A program made the position numbers and the translations under genes. The notes beneath the pieces are model-generated. The model ran no database searches. It saw nothing but the letters and a program-made list of their open reading frames with translations, and was not told the DNA's origin. A DNA stretch of 64,000 nucleotides from a virus (Duplodnaviria; Heunggongvirae; Uroviricota; Caudoviricetes): positions 32,001-96,000 of the IMG/VR virus record IMGVR_UViG_3300021400_000141; one strand, written 5' to 3'. Positions 10,801 through 20,150 of this stretch are shown piece after piece (within the stretch, counting starts at the first letter, position 1; each line of letters opens with the position of its first letter).

Positions 10801-11690
10801 GCCTGCTGTGCAATCTGGCGAGGGGTCTTTTGTTCGCCACCATTCTGTTGGCCACCCTGTTGAGCACCCTGTTGGCCACCCTGCTGTTGCATCTGCTGTT
10901 GCTGTCCTTGGGAGTGCTGTGGACGACTTGCACCCCATTTACTTGTCTGGGGTTGTTGAGCACCCTGTTGGCCACCCTGTTGCATCTGCTGTTGTTGGGC
11001 TTGTTTCTGTTCCTCGCTCATACCCCCGGCCATCGCCTGAGGCATTTCAGAACCTTGTAAAGCCTGTTCGAGAAAACCGATATACTTTCGGATGGTTTCT
11101 AGGTTCCATTCTTCATCAGTAAACTCGGCCTTCTGTTTTGTAAATTGTCCTGACGGGTCATTCGGGTCCTCTTTGACCTCTTCATTCATCTCGCCGTACA
11201 GCGTCTTGACACCAGCCATCCATTGAGGGTTTTCGTACGCTTTTTCCAATGCGGCAAGACCAGCATCAACAGATGCGTTTCCAGTCTTTAGCTTGCTCAG
11301 GATACCGTAGTGAGACATCATGATTTGAACGGCTCTCGTATGTGCACTACCCTGTCCGTTACGGAAGTCATAGTATCCGCACTTAACTGCAAGGCCAATA
11401 GTTGCAACAATGGCACAGAAGGTCGTCATGTCACTTTCTTTGTACAGTTTGTGAATGAATTCTTCGTTGTATATAATGCAACCGTTCTTGATATGTTCCC
11501 CATAATTAGATGCAAACACGATTGTGCTTGTTTCGTTGTGACGTGCTGGGTTCCACGATAGGCCCTGTAAAATGGGCATAAAGATAGAGACGGCTGAACC
11601 CATCTCGCTTGCCCTATCCCTCATTTCTTCAAGTTCTTTAGCAACTTGCTGCGAAAATTCCTTAGGGTTTTGTGCGTTAATATCGCTCAT
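7887..11690 (-). CDS. large low-complexity (Q/G/P-rich) protein with C-terminal VWA domain
   Basis: 1267 aa; MIDAS-like LLAIDASGSM...GGGGTN...IIIYSD; central repeats. Confidence 0.8.
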   Translation of the reverse strand: MSDINAQNPKEFSQQVAKELEEMRDRASEMGSAVSIFMPILQGLSWNPARHNETSTIVFASNYGEHIKNGCIIYNEEFIHKLYKESDMTTFCAIVATIGLAVKCGYYDFRNGQGSAHTRAVQIMMSHYGILSKLKTGNASVDAGLAALEKAYENPQWMAGVKTLYGEMNEEVKEDPNDPSGQFTKQKAEFTDEEWNLETIRKYIGFLEQALQGSEMPQAMAGGMSEEQKQAQQQQMQQGGQQGAQQPQTSKWGASRPQHSQGQQQQMQQQGGQQGAQQGGQQNGGEQKTPRQIAQQARAGALNAKMGAAKCAQACGNSSEAQQALSEMQSAANEMKEAANEYENAAKAGDQPSMEQAAQQMQQASQQMQQASQHMQQAMQNAGAQQSAQQASQKMQEGASASQQASSSANSNGQQGSQQGSQQGSSQNGQSMSQQASTAANNAKQGAAKCAQACGNSPEAQAAQNMVNQGARNLEQGAKRYDAGVQSGNTAQQQLGAQQMKAGAQQIDAGAQQMKQAMESSGAQGSSQGQQGSQQLSNGSQQAGSTSNEAQSSANESASAQPTDGESVRKQAHQSAQDARNAAAQCAQACGGSPEAKQAQQTIEQGAQQLEAGANQYAQGCQNGDSQQMQNGSKQMQQGANQIKKGTQQMQKALKQAMQNGQQGGQQGGQQGGEQGSQQGGQQGGDQGGQQGGQQGGQQGGDQGGDQGGNEGFPTPNGKQGGQQGGEQGGDQGGQQGGQQGPNGARTGLQKLQEAAQEAQQTATNGARGTEGEGTGTGTGTGTGEDEGEGIGGDGDTDGEGTGEEGEGEGPGIGKGRGKGTGYGEPPYGPGEPPSGPGGETPHGPPSGPGEPPSGPGEPPSGPGGETPHGPPSGPGEPKIEEKLSDDTSEAGTSGSTSVGGLSGLKINLISEIKKNSGNPIEGLNSNLAQFANETNTFSEMQSTSTEMENTLQQAAKEIENNIEIKNQSGEYDANLEELNSLTKEINDDNAAKAYMRTDVKLRIANRIVALASNASRPSNEDGDSRNYKSPTHSHFSTGSFNVLEDYAPRVLLAIDASGSMWCKETILTGAANLLSSIASRLKTKGVTMDYAFWDDGCDIPRPFSIQKARDIAKGDISVSNYTGAIKLAVGGGGTNVYSIADRLSPYYYPPELNGDGTVKPRKQRKVKYDAKTKKQYKLSYGTDYDLIIIYSDFCFPSSPAYSIPSNPKEIKWRFDQITVSPTRLCCVCCHPQGERQTSPTFKKMVTWIPYEMWQKEIEAYSFKKPE
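9055..9715 (-). repeat. coding tandem repeats (PPSGPGE, GEG/GTG, QQGG)
   Basis: Imperfect tandem DNA repeats such as ccaccttgctg and ccagacggagg. Confidence 0.85.
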
Positions 11691-11715
11691 GATTAATCCT
11701 CAATAATTTAACTAC

Positions 11716-11723
11716 AGTTTATA
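11716..11723 (-). promoter_or_regulatory. putative late promoter TATAAACT
   Basis: AGTTTATA on + strand, 25 nt before start codon 11690. Confidence 0.6.
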
Positions 11724-12225
11724 CCAGCGTGCGGCATACGGCGGCAACGTTGGTGATGTATTTCTTGACAATTTCGACGACATCATCCTCGCATTCGGGA
11801 ACCTGGATTTCTGGCACGAACGATTCGTACGAGTCCTCGCCGAGGATGAAAGATTCGTCAAGACCCTTCATTATCAGGTCTTTTTGGTAGATTTCTGAGG
11901 CAACGGCACGCTTCACGAACTTTAACTTTCCGCTGCGGCTCATCATTGGAAGGAACAGAGTGAGGTTCTTCATGAAAGTTCCCGTAGATTCCGAGGTGAA
12001 CGTATCCATGTAGATGATTTCGTTTCCGCCACGGTCGTAATACTTTGCGGGAACATGCTTCTCGGTAAGGCACATGGCGTAGCCTGACTCTCCTTCGAAG
12101 TATTTCTTCTCAGTCCACTTTCCGTTCTTCAACGGCATCGTGGTGCCCATATCAAACCCAGCTTTCACAGGGTCGTTTTCAAGCCCGCAATCCTTGCAGA
12201 GCTTCAATATTTTCGTAACTAGCAT
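11719..12225 (-). CDS. hypothetical protein
   Basis: 168 aa in a tightly packed minus-strand run. Confidence 0.7.
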   Translation of the reverse strand: MLVTKILKLCKDCGLENDPVKAGFDMGTTMPLKNGKWTEKKYFEGESGYAMCLTEKHVPAKYYDRGGNEIIYMDTFTSESTGTFMKNLTLFLPMMSRSGKLKFVKRAVASEIYQKDLIMKGLDESFILGEDSYESFVPEIQVPECEDDVVEIVKKYITNVAAVCRTLV

Positions 12226-12228
12226 AGT

Positions 12229-12708
12229 CTACCTGTCCTGTACCTTTACGGAATAATCAGCACTTTCAGCATGTTCTTCAAGCTTTCTGTACAAGTTCTT
12301 TATGTCGATGAGGAGTTCAACGTCGTTTGCCTGCATCATCTTGAACAGCTTGATTGTCTCTTCTCTGAGAAACGCGAGCTTTTCGACAACTTCTTTCTTG
12401 TATACGGAGAAATCCAATGTCTTCAACACGGACAGAAGCTCGTCGATGTCGTTGAAAACGATACACGGTTGAAACTCCGAAGATATCACGAGGTCAATCC
12501 TGGGTATGGACGGCGTGTATGCGAGGACGATGACAAAGGTATTCCCTTCGACAAAATCGAATCCTGCGATTTTGCCAGCCTTGTTCAGGACATACTTTTC
12601 ACCCAATGGGATAATCTTGTCGCACTTTTCGCTATATTCCTTGTATAGCCTGTCGTACGTTTCCTTCGGAATTACGCCTTCTTCGTTACAGAACTTGGAA
12701 ATGTCCAT
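12229..12708 (-). CDS. hypothetical protein
   Basis: 159 aa; TAATG coupling with the upstream gene. Confidence 0.7.
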   Translation of the reverse strand: MDISKFCNEEGVIPKETYDRLYKEYSEKCDKIIPLGEKYVLNKAGKIAGFDFVEGNTFVIVLAYTPSIPRIDLVISSEFQPCIVFNDIDELLSVLKTLDFSVYKKEVVEKLAFLREETIKLFKMMQANDVELLIDIKNLYRKLEEHAESADYSVKVQDR

Positions 12709-13310
12709 TACAACCCCTGGATTTTCCTGATAATCTCTTCAGCCGCACACAGAGGGATGTCGATTGCATCAACTTCCTTATCGGGAACCTTACTAATCTC
12801 GCCAGTATCGTCGTTTATCGTCAACTTAGGGGAGTCTGCATCGGCGGTTCCGTCCTGCTCTGAACTGAGTTTTGCAAGAAGATATTCTACCTCCTTGTAG
12901 AGCGCGTTTAGCTCGGCTCTCAATCCTTTGTTCGTCTCAACCTGCTTGTTGTATCTTGCCGCAAGGCCGTTGTAGCTTTCCTTGACTCGGGCGGCGTTCA
13001 GCTCGGCGTCTTCTGCACGCTGTCTGAATTCCCGTACGCTACCCTGCAATCTTCGTACGCTCTCGCGGGCTTCCTTCAGGTCCTTGTCCTTCTGGTTGAG
13101 CTCGTTGTACAGCTCGTTTATTTTGTTCGCCATCTCACGGTTTCCGACAGCGTCCGTATGGCGTGGATTAATGGCAGACTGGCGTTCACGCTCGTCTCTG
13201 CCATATTTAAATTTGGTTAGAGTACCATCGGACTCGATAGCTCGTCTAAGGTCATCTGGGTCGATGCCCAACATGTCTTCCCAAAAATTGATTACTCCGT
13301 CTCTAAGCAT
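12708..13310 (-). CDS. coiled-coil hypothetical protein
   Basis: 200 aa with a heptad-rich centre; GAGG RBS. Confidence 0.75.
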   Translation of the reverse strand: MLRDGVINFWEDMLGIDPDDLRRAIESDGTLTKFKYGRDERERQSAINPRHTDAVGNREMANKINELYNELNQKDKDLKEARESVRRLQGSVREFRQRAEDAELNAARVKESYNGLAARYNKQVETNKGLRAELNALYKEVEYLLAKLSSEQDGTADADSPKLTINDDTGEISKVPDKEVDAIDIPLCAAEEIIRKIQGL

Positions 13311-13343
13311 AAATACCTCTGATTTAGGGTGAATTCAGCACCA

Positions 13344-13748
13344 TTAAAATACATTATTAGAGTCCAGTTCGAGCAGTTTCTTGTTCAATACCGCGAAGAA
13401 CTTGTCGATGGTATCCCTCTCGTCCTGTACTGCAAATACCAAACCCGACTTGGGACGCGCATCAAATGAAAATTCTCCGTCTTTGTAGTGAGAGTGTCCA
13501 ATCTGCTCTACCCGTCCAGAGCAGAATATGCCGTTCTTGTGGTCAACGGTGAACCTTATCCTGACTATGTTGAAACGGTGGATGAACACGTAGATGACAC
13601 TATCGTTTTCACCCTCATCGGAAGTCGTATGCAGGAAATTAAGTCCGATGGTTCTTGCTTCCTGAATCATCCAGGTTTCTTCTGGTATGATTTGTGTACG
13701 CTTGTTGATATTTACTTCGTTTTTACTCATAAAGTTAATGCAAGGCAT
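13344..13748 (-). CDS. hypothetical protein
   Basis: 134 aa; start uncertain (13748 or 13730). Confidence 0.6.
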   Translation of the reverse strand: MPCINFMSKNEVNINKRTQIIPEETWMIQEARTIGLNFLHTTSDEGENDSVIYVFIHRFNIVRIRFTVDHKNGIFCSGRVEQIGHSHYKDGEFSFDARPKSGLVFAVQDERDTIDKFFAVLNKKLLELDSNNVF

Positions 13749-13798
13749 CTCACCCGAAATGAACGGGTGAGATGACCCGCACTCTCCGTGGTTGAATA

Positions 13799-14140
13799 CT
13801 AGGTATGCTTAGCAGCCTGCTTCATGAAGTTTGCGTGTATCGTGTACACGGTCTTCATGTCGCCCTGCTGGAACGCAGTAACAGCATCCTTCGCTTCCCT
13901 GAGGACAGCGACAATGCGGGAGTAATACTCCTTGTCGTGACGCTTCTTCATGAAGGCGGCACTGTCCTGGAGACCCTTCATTTCGTGACGCATTTCCGTC
14001 TGGGTCTTGCACTTGCTGATGACACGTTCGAGATGGCGGGCGGCACGGAGGTTAATCTTGCCGAGGTCGCTGTTTACGTCGCAGCCGACAGTCCTGTGAG
14101 AACGGTCGGCTATCCTTTTCATGTATGCTTCGTTTTTCAT
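13799..14140 (-). CDS. basic hypothetical protein
   Basis: 113 aa; AAGGA RBS. Confidence 0.7.
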   Translation of the reverse strand: MKNEAYMKRIADRSHRTVGCDVNSDLGKINLRAARHLERVISKCKTQTEMRHEMKGLQDSAAFMKKRHDKEYYSRIVAVLREAKDAVTAFQQGDMKTVYTIHANFMKQAAKHT

Positions 14141-14221
14141 TTGAGCATCCTTTGTATTGGGTGAACCGCATTATTCAGCATCTTCTCGGCGTGCTGGCTG
14201 TGCGGAATCAGCGTTTGCCGT

Positions 14222-14707
14222 TCAAAAGTTCGATAATATCCTGTCCGCCTTGATTTGCCTGATTTTACGCTGCATAGTGAGCATGTCAACCACAAACGTC
14301 TTGAACCCTGGGGTAACATCGTTGATTGAAACCGAATTGACGGTAACGGTGTTGTTTACACGGTTCAACATGGGGTTTCCAGCATATTTCTCATAAAATT
14401 CCAGAACAAGTCTGGATTGCGGGGTGTCCTCTAGTTTATCCAGGTTGATGTTGCTCTGGAAAGAACTGCTGTCACTAATCGACAGGCTGTTGAGTTCCTC
14501 TGGGCTGTAGAAAGGGTATAGACGCAGAGTTTTCTCATTGAGCATCGCTACACATGTATGGGCCATTTTCTGCAGGAACGATGCGTCATCGTAGTCGCAA
14601 GCAGACGAGAAATAGAACGTGCTGGAACTGGCTTCCTTCCACGTCCTGACGACGCTTTTTGAAAGCCCGCAACCTTGAAGCATCCTGTCTATCTCGTTGA
14701 AGGTCAT
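14222..14707 (-). CDS. hypothetical protein
   Basis: 161 aa; ATGA overlap with the upstream nuclease gene. Confidence 0.7.
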   Translation of the reverse strand: MTFNEIDRMLQGCGLSKSVVRTWKEASSSTFYFSSACDYDDASFLQKMAHTCVAMLNEKTLRLYPFYSPEELNSLSISDSSSFQSNINLDKLEDTPQSRLVLEFYEKYAGNPMLNRVNNTVTVNSVSINDVTPGFKTFVVDMLTMQRKIRQIKADRILSNF

Positions 14708-15501
14708 GCGAGTATCGTCCTCTTGATTACGTCGGAAACGTCGATAATTCCGTACGGTTTCGCATCACCCTCCGCTGGAATGTGGCATATCCACATCGCC
14801 CCGACTTTGAGTGGCGTGTTTAGTTCAAGTATCGCCTTGTACATGCTGAGCTGTATGCAGTAGTGATGATAGTTTATGTCGTAGAAGTTGTCGAACGGGG
14901 CGTACATCTTGGTGGTGTACGGCTTGGGTTCGAAATCAAGGTGCGAATTGGTTTTCCAGTCACCGATTACGAGCTTGTCGGAAACCTTGTCGTACAGGAG
15001 GATATCCATCGTTCCGCAAATGAGGTGCTTCTTGTCGTAGACGGGAAGTTCAACCCTGATTGGGATGTACCGCTCGGACAGCTTCGAGAACAACGCCTTG
15101 CACTTTGGTATTCTCCGTTCAAAATCGGCCTGAATATCGTCGTATTTGTAACGTTTTCTAAACTTATGCGTATATGACTTTCTGGCCCACAGGTTTTCCA
15201 TGACGCTATGGACCTCGTGCCCGATGTCCTTGCCGTATTCGTTCTTGTCCTTCCACATGGCAAGCACTTCTTTCGCAGTAACCGTCCTGCCCTGCTGCTT
15301 GGACATCTTGGCGGCAGTAAACGGGGCGACTTCCTTATCGTTGAACGGGTCATGCAGCTCTTCAATGACGGTAGATACGGACTTGTACACGTTACCCTCG
15401 GAATCGGTATAACGGTGCCCCTCGTCCTCGAAATAAATATCTCGGAACGAACTCCAAAGAATATCGTTTAACTTATATAAGTTAGGAACCTTTTCTTCCA
15501 T
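14704..15501 (-). CDS. PD-(D/E)XK (RecB/Cas4-like) exonuclease
   Basis: F.DEGHRY, SVSTVI, GTMDILL, IGDWKT, QLSMY motifs. Confidence 0.8.
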   Translation of the reverse strand: MEEKVPNLYKLNDILWSSFRDIYFEDEGHRYTDSEGNVYKSVSTVIEELHDPFNDKEVAPFTAAKMSKQQGRTVTAKEVLAMWKDKNEYGKDIGHEVHSVMENLWARKSYTHKFRKRYKYDDIQADFERRIPKCKALFSKLSERYIPIRVELPVYDKKHLICGTMDILLYDKVSDKLVIGDWKTNSHLDFEPKPYTTKMYAPFDNFYDINYHHYCIQLSMYKAILELNTPLKVGAMWICHIPAEGDAKPYGIIDVSDVIKRTILA

Positions 15502-15519
15502 GGCTCTCCTTTTTACGGA

Positions 15520-15548
15520 AAAATACTAAAAAAGTTCCAGATTGTCAA
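15520..15548 (-). promoter_or_regulatory. sigma70-type promoter (variant -10)
   Basis: TTGACA-N17-TATTTT on the minus strand. Confidence 0.6.
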
Positions 15549-15566
15549 CGGTTTCCCCGAAAAAGT

Positions 15567-15574
15567 TATAAACT
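15567..15574 (+). promoter_or_regulatory. putative late promoter TATAAACT
   Basis: 27 nt before ATG 15602. Confidence 0.6.
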
Positions 15575-15601
15575 CTTTACAGTTAAGCATTGAGTATACT
15601 T

Positions 15602-17293
15602 ATGAACAACAAACAGCTTTTTGAGCAGTCAGCGAGCAAGATTCTGTCAAAGAACCAGCTCGAAGGAGTGATGAAGCTCCACAACGCCCTATTTGAATGC
15701 GGACAGGAAGAAATGGTGGCAGACACCGTGGCAGACGCCGTTGTTGACGCTGTCAAGGATTCCGTTGACGAAGTGGCCGAAGAACAGGTCGATAACGTCG
15801 TAGATGACGCCGTCGAAAGCGCCCCGTCAATAGAGATTGTCCCCGCAGACAGAGCCCGTCTCGAATCCCTTATCGACAGCATGAGCGATAAAGAGAAACA
15901 TATGTTTTTCGAGAGCCTCGACGACCAGCAAGTACAGGTTCTAATGGAAGGCCGTGTCGGGGCTTTAACTAAGTTCTTGAATTTCTTCACAAAAGCAGGT
16001 CGAAAGGCGAATAGGCTGGATAAGTTTGAAAAATTGGCTGCGAAGGATGCCGATTTGACCAACAAGTGGCTAAACCTTTCAAAAATTGGCGATGGTAACC
16101 TCAATTCTAAAAACGCCTCTGATTTAAGAAAACTCGGGATGAAGCGAGATGCCGTCCGTCAACAGATGAACGACATGAGATACAAGGCTGGCAAGGGAGA
16201 TGTCTCCGAGCGGAAGGAAATGGATAAAATTGCAAGGCAAAATAAGTCATTCAACTTTAATTCAGAGGAACTGGAAGGGTTTAAAGCTGATGACCTAGCT
16301 AAAGCAAATAAGTCATATAACACAAGTCTAAATAAGGCAAAAACGACTTTCGACAACGACGCCGAAGTACAGGCACTTGAACAACAACGCAAAACAGCGC
16401 TGGAGAACATAAAGAACAATCAAAATCTTAGCCAACTCGACCGTGATGCGGCTATTAAGAACGCCAATAAGGAGTTTGACGAGAAGATTGCTAATACACA
16501 GGCTATGAAGGATTATAACGCGAAAGTTAATAAAGCGACTACCAAATTTAACAAGGACAAGCAAGCGATTAATAACAATTACCAGTCTCACCTAGAAGAT
16601 GCGTACGAAAGAGAAGGTGGATTTGATGGCTTCAACGGAGCGTCAAAGGCAGGACGTGGTTATCGATACAGAGGAATGGGCCGTTATAACCAAGGGCCGT
16701 TCGGGAGTCCGTACGGATACCCTCCGTACATGAACCCAGAGGCATGGGGGCAGTTCACTGGAAAGTTCTCAACAATGCGTAAAGTCGCTAGGGGACTTAT
16801 AGGAAGCTACAAGTTGTTAATTGGAACACTCAAGCTTGGTGCAGCAGGTGTCGTAGGCTATGGTGGATACAAGATTTACAAATTCTTCTCCAACCCAGAA
16901 GAAGTTGACGCTGCTAATACTGGTTCCTTCGGCGGAATCTTTGGTGGTTCCAATGGTGGTTCCAATGGTGGTTCCAATGGTGGTGAAGAGGAAGGAAGCG
17001 TAGCCGAGACTGTTATGAAAGTGATTGCCGTACTAGGTGGTGGTGTGGGAGGTAATGTTATCGCACGTTTCCTCGGGTTCAACGGCACCACTGGAAAGAC
17101 AGTTGGCACACTACTTGGTGCAGTCCTGGTCGCTTACTTCATGTTCCTGAATGGTGGCGACGAAAAGAACGCAGTAGAAATGCTCGACGAATACAACAAC
17201 GCATCCCCACAGGATAAGCAAATCATCAACGAGGCGTTGGACTTCCCTGGTCTTGGTGAGGCATTGCAGAGCCTATACGATGAAAACCACTAA
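15602..17293 (+). CDS. putative virion-packaged protein with coiled coil and C-terminal glycine-rich membrane segments
   Basis: Shared N-terminal motif ending HNALFE; three hydrophobic Gly-rich stretches near the C-terminus; GGSN x3 repeat. Confidence 0.7.
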   Translation: MNNKQLFEQSASKILSKNQLEGVMKLHNALFECGQEEMVADTVADAVVDAVKDSVDEVAEEQVDNVVDDAVESAPSIEIVPADRARLESLIDSMSDKEKHMFFESLDDQQVQVLMEGRVGALTKFLNFFTKAGRKANRLDKFEKLAAKDADLTNKWLNLSKIGDGNLNSKNASDLRKLGMKRDAVRQQMNDMRYKAGKGDVSERKEMDKIARQNKSFNFNSEELEGFKADDLAKANKSYNTSLNKAKTTFDNDAEVQALEQQRKTALENIKNNQNLSQLDRDAAIKNANKEFDEKIANTQAMKDYNAKVNKATTKFNKDKQAINNNYQSHLEDAYEREGGFDGFNGASKAGRGYRYRGMGRYNQGPFGSPYGYPPYMNPEAWGQFTGKFSTMRKVARGLIGSYKLLIGTLKLGAAGVVGYGGYKIYKFFSNPEEVDAANTGSFGGIFGGSNGGSNGGSNGGEEEGSVAETVMKVIAVLGGGVGGNVIARFLGFNGTTGKTVGTLLGAVLVAYFMFLNGGDEKNAVEMLDEYNNASPQDKQIINEALDFPGLGEALQSLYDENH

Positions 17294-17311
17294 TGGTTTA
17301 AGGAGAATGTT

Positions 17312-18547
17312 ATGAACAATATGCAGAAATACGATGTCGCTCTCATGGAAGGTGTAAGTCCCAAGAGGCTTGCCAAGAAGCGCATGAGGGCATTTATTGA
17401 GGCAGTAAGCGAAATCGCTCCTAAATCCCTGGTAGAGGCTGTCGTTGATGCACACAACGCACTGTTTGAAGGGTTTGAGTTCCGACTTCCTAACGGAGTA
17501 CGTGGAATTACTGGTGCTCGACCAAGTGGTTTCAGCCATGGCTATGGCAACAAGACAATATACAATGGTAACGACCTGGTTCGTACCCGTTCCAATCCGA
17601 GGCCTCCTACTAGCTCAAACGCAGACTTTCACTTGCAGACCCATCAGCAAGGTTCTTTTGCTCCTAGGAGTTACGGCAATGTTGTAACATACGACCCAGC
17701 CCCAAGGATTGACCCGCGTGAACCTGAGACACGTGTCACGTTCCACCCTGATACAAGATGGGAAGAAGCACAACGCATGGTAGATGCGGCTCCGCCTCCT
17801 CCACCTCCAGAAGAGCTGCCAGCACCACAGGCAGTACGCCAGCACGCACCGCAGCCTGCTCCTGCGCCAGCTCCGAAGCCAGAACAGCCGAAGGCAGAAT
17901 GTCCTCCTGTATGTCCAGAACCAGCTCCTGCACCTGCTAATGAAATCCCGTCTAAAAATGATGCTGGCGCACCAAAGAAGGAAGCACCAAAGAAGGCGGC
18001 ACCCGCGTATAAATGGAAGGATACCGACTTTGAGCCAATCGAGGGCGAACAGTGCAGCGAGACTCACCCGTACGTAGTCAACCTGGTATCGCACAGCAGC
18101 GAAAACAGAAAGAGCGCCGCATACCAGGCCAAGCACGAGCTTGACGATAACAACGTTCAGGGCGTGTACATTTACCAGTACGACGGTCTTGCACACAACA
18201 CTACCCGCAAGGACGTATGGCGTGTCCGTATCGGTTTCTTCAAGTCAAGGGCGGCTGCAAGGACATACGTCATAAAGCACGTGAAGGACCGTGACCAGTT
18301 CAAGTGGTGGATTGCAAGATGCGATGACAAGAGCGCCAGGGGAGACCTCCATATTAAGCCGGGTACGTTCAAGCTCGCCAAAGACATCACCATGGACGAT
18401 TGCATTGACACTAGCTCTCAAAAGAAAAGTTCAGAGCAGCCATCTTCCAATGCGTCGGCACAACCTGCCGAAAGCAAGCAGGCTACACCGAAGGTCGTAA
18501 CGAAACCTGGCGATAAACCGTTTATGGATTTCGCCGACGAAAAGTAA
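17312..18547 (+). CDS. proline-rich protein with SPOR-like peptidoglycan-binding domain
   Basis: YVVNLVS...VWRVRIGFFKSRAAA resembles SPOR; Pro/Ala linker; shared HNALFE motif. Confidence 0.65.
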   Translation: MNNMQKYDVALMEGVSPKRLAKKRMRAFIEAVSEIAPKSLVEAVVDAHNALFEGFEFRLPNGVRGITGARPSGFSHGYGNKTIYNGNDLVRTRSNPRPPTSSNADFHLQTHQQGSFAPRSYGNVVTYDPAPRIDPREPETRVTFHPDTRWEEAQRMVDAAPPPPPPEELPAPQAVRQHAPQPAPAPAPKPEQPKAECPPVCPEPAPAPANEIPSKNDAGAPKKEAPKKAAPAYKWKDTDFEPIEGEQCSETHPYVVNLVSHSSENRKSAAYQAKHELDDNNVQGVYIYQYDGLAHNTTRKDVWRVRIGFFKSRAAARTYVIKHVKDRDQFKWWIARCDDKSARGDLHIKPGTFKLAKDITMDDCIDTSSQKKSSEQPSSNASAQPAESKQATPKVVTKPGDKPFMDFADEK

Positions 18548-18557
18548 GGAGTTAATT

Positions 18558-20129
18558 ATGGAAAAGAAGTATATTATCGTAAGCAAAAAAGACGGTAAGC
18601 CAATAGACAACAAGCAATACACAAAAGAAGAATTCAAGAAGAAGGCTTACGAACTCATGGAGCAAACTGGTTTGGACAGAGACGCAATGAACGATACTTT
18701 CACCTATCAGGAAGTAGCTGAAGGCGGCGTGTCCACGGAAGAGAACACATCGGGTTCACCCAAAGCTATTAACGGTGAGTTTGACTCGGAAGACAAGAGT
18801 GATGATTACGAGTTTCATGACAAGAACGACACATATCAGGCAACCGTCTCCGACGACGATGAAGGCTGGAACAAGGTACTCGATAATTTGGGCCAAATTC
18901 CACCAGAAATCGCAAGCCTTGTTAGCGACCATAAAGATAAAATCGTCCTTTCCGAAGGCAAAAAAGATGGAAATATAGCGATGAAGAAAAACGCTATCCG
19001 CGTTCTGTACGTGTATAACGAGTTTCTTACATTCTACAATACGTACTGCGCAAATAATGGCAAACTTCCGTCTCAACTTGCCGCATATCTACGTACAGGA
19101 AAGCCAGTGTTTGGGTTGAGTATCTTTCGCCCTGAGTTTGCGTATGATGTAATCAAAAAGGACATGACATCCATTGTTGAGGATATGTTCGAAGCTATTG
19201 ATGATTACTATAAATCTGATGACCCCGAGAGTGAAATATCTGAATTCTACGATGAAGTCAATGATTTTGATGATGAACTCGAAAATGTCAATGTTGCGTT
19301 AATGTGTTTTAAAGAAAAAAACAACTTTAATAAACAGTTGACCAGTAAGGCTAAACAGGCGTATGCACGTATGCTTGCCGAACACGACACAGACTTCAAT
19401 AATTTCTGTAAAGGAAAGCCTACTGGCGATGCACTGTCCGAATACCTCCTGGACATTGCCCAAAATAAGTATCATTTGACAAAACTCAAAATGAACTACA
19501 AAGACAACGACAGCAAGCTAAATGGATTGTCTGATTGGGTAAATCCAGAAGAAAAGGAATCCAAAAACGTAAGGTTGAGCGAAAAACTTGATGACTATCT
19601 CGACTTGAAGCATGCGAAAATTCTCGATACCGATGAGGACAAAAAGAAGCTCAAAGAAATAACTGATTCCTTCAAAAAGGGAGACATGACACAACAAGAC
19701 GCACAAGGTGCAATCAACAGGCTGGTAATCTCGGCCCGTGACAAAATGGTGGAATCCCTTAGACTTTTCTTTAAGTTCGTTGGAATCACAAAGACAGATA
19801 AAATGAATCAGTTCACATCAGGATTGAAACGTCTTGATGAATCCGATTATCAGAACAACTGGCGTTCTCTTGTTACACACTACAAGGAATCCATTGAAAA
19901 GAAAATCGAGATATTCAAGAACGCTCACTCCAACGACATGACAAAGGAGAGCCTTGATGAGTGCGTCAATATACTAAACGGCCTTCTGAAAAATGCTGAT
20001 GTCCTTCTTAAAGACGTTGAAGCAAAGAATGGTACTCAGCTGATGGCACATTCCCGTGAAATTAGCGAACGTATAAAGGAAGTTCAGGAAAAAACCGCTG
20101 CCGCACAGAAGGCTTTCCCGAAACAATAA
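18558..20129 (+). CDS. hypothetical helical protein, third gene of the putative late operon
   Basis: 523 aa; TAAGGAG RBS. Confidence 0.8.
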   Translation: MEKKYIIVSKKDGKPIDNKQYTKEEFKKKAYELMEQTGLDRDAMNDTFTYQEVAEGGVSTEENTSGSPKAINGEFDSEDKSDDYEFHDKNDTYQATVSDDDEGWNKVLDNLGQIPPEIASLVSDHKDKIVLSEGKKDGNIAMKKNAIRVLYVYNEFLTFYNTYCANNGKLPSQLAAYLRTGKPVFGLSIFRPEFAYDVIKKDMTSIVEDMFEAIDDYYKSDDPESEISEFYDEVNDFDDELENVNVALMCFKEKNNFNKQLTSKAKQAYARMLAEHDTDFNNFCKGKPTGDALSEYLLDIAQNKYHLTKLKMNYKDNDSKLNGLSDWVNPEEKESKNVRLSEKLDDYLDLKHAKILDTDEDKKKLKEITDSFKKGDMTQQDAQGAINRLVISARDKMVESLRLFFKFVGITKTDKMNQFTSGLKRLDESDYQNNWRSLVTHYKESIEKKIEIFKNAHSNDMTKESLDECVNILNGLLKNADVLLKDVEAKNGTQLMAHSREISERIKEVQEKTAAAQKAFPKQ

Positions 20130-20150
20130 TCATATTTAACTCAATGCAAC

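Noticed and set aside
9055-10990. CRISPR-like or non-coding repeat array
   Set aside because: Repeats are in-frame, degenerate at third positions and have no unique spacers; they are coding low-complexity sequence
14704-15501. Cas4 of a CRISPR system
   Set aside because: No Fe-S cysteine set, cas neighbours or array; a common phage PD-(D/E)XK exonuclease
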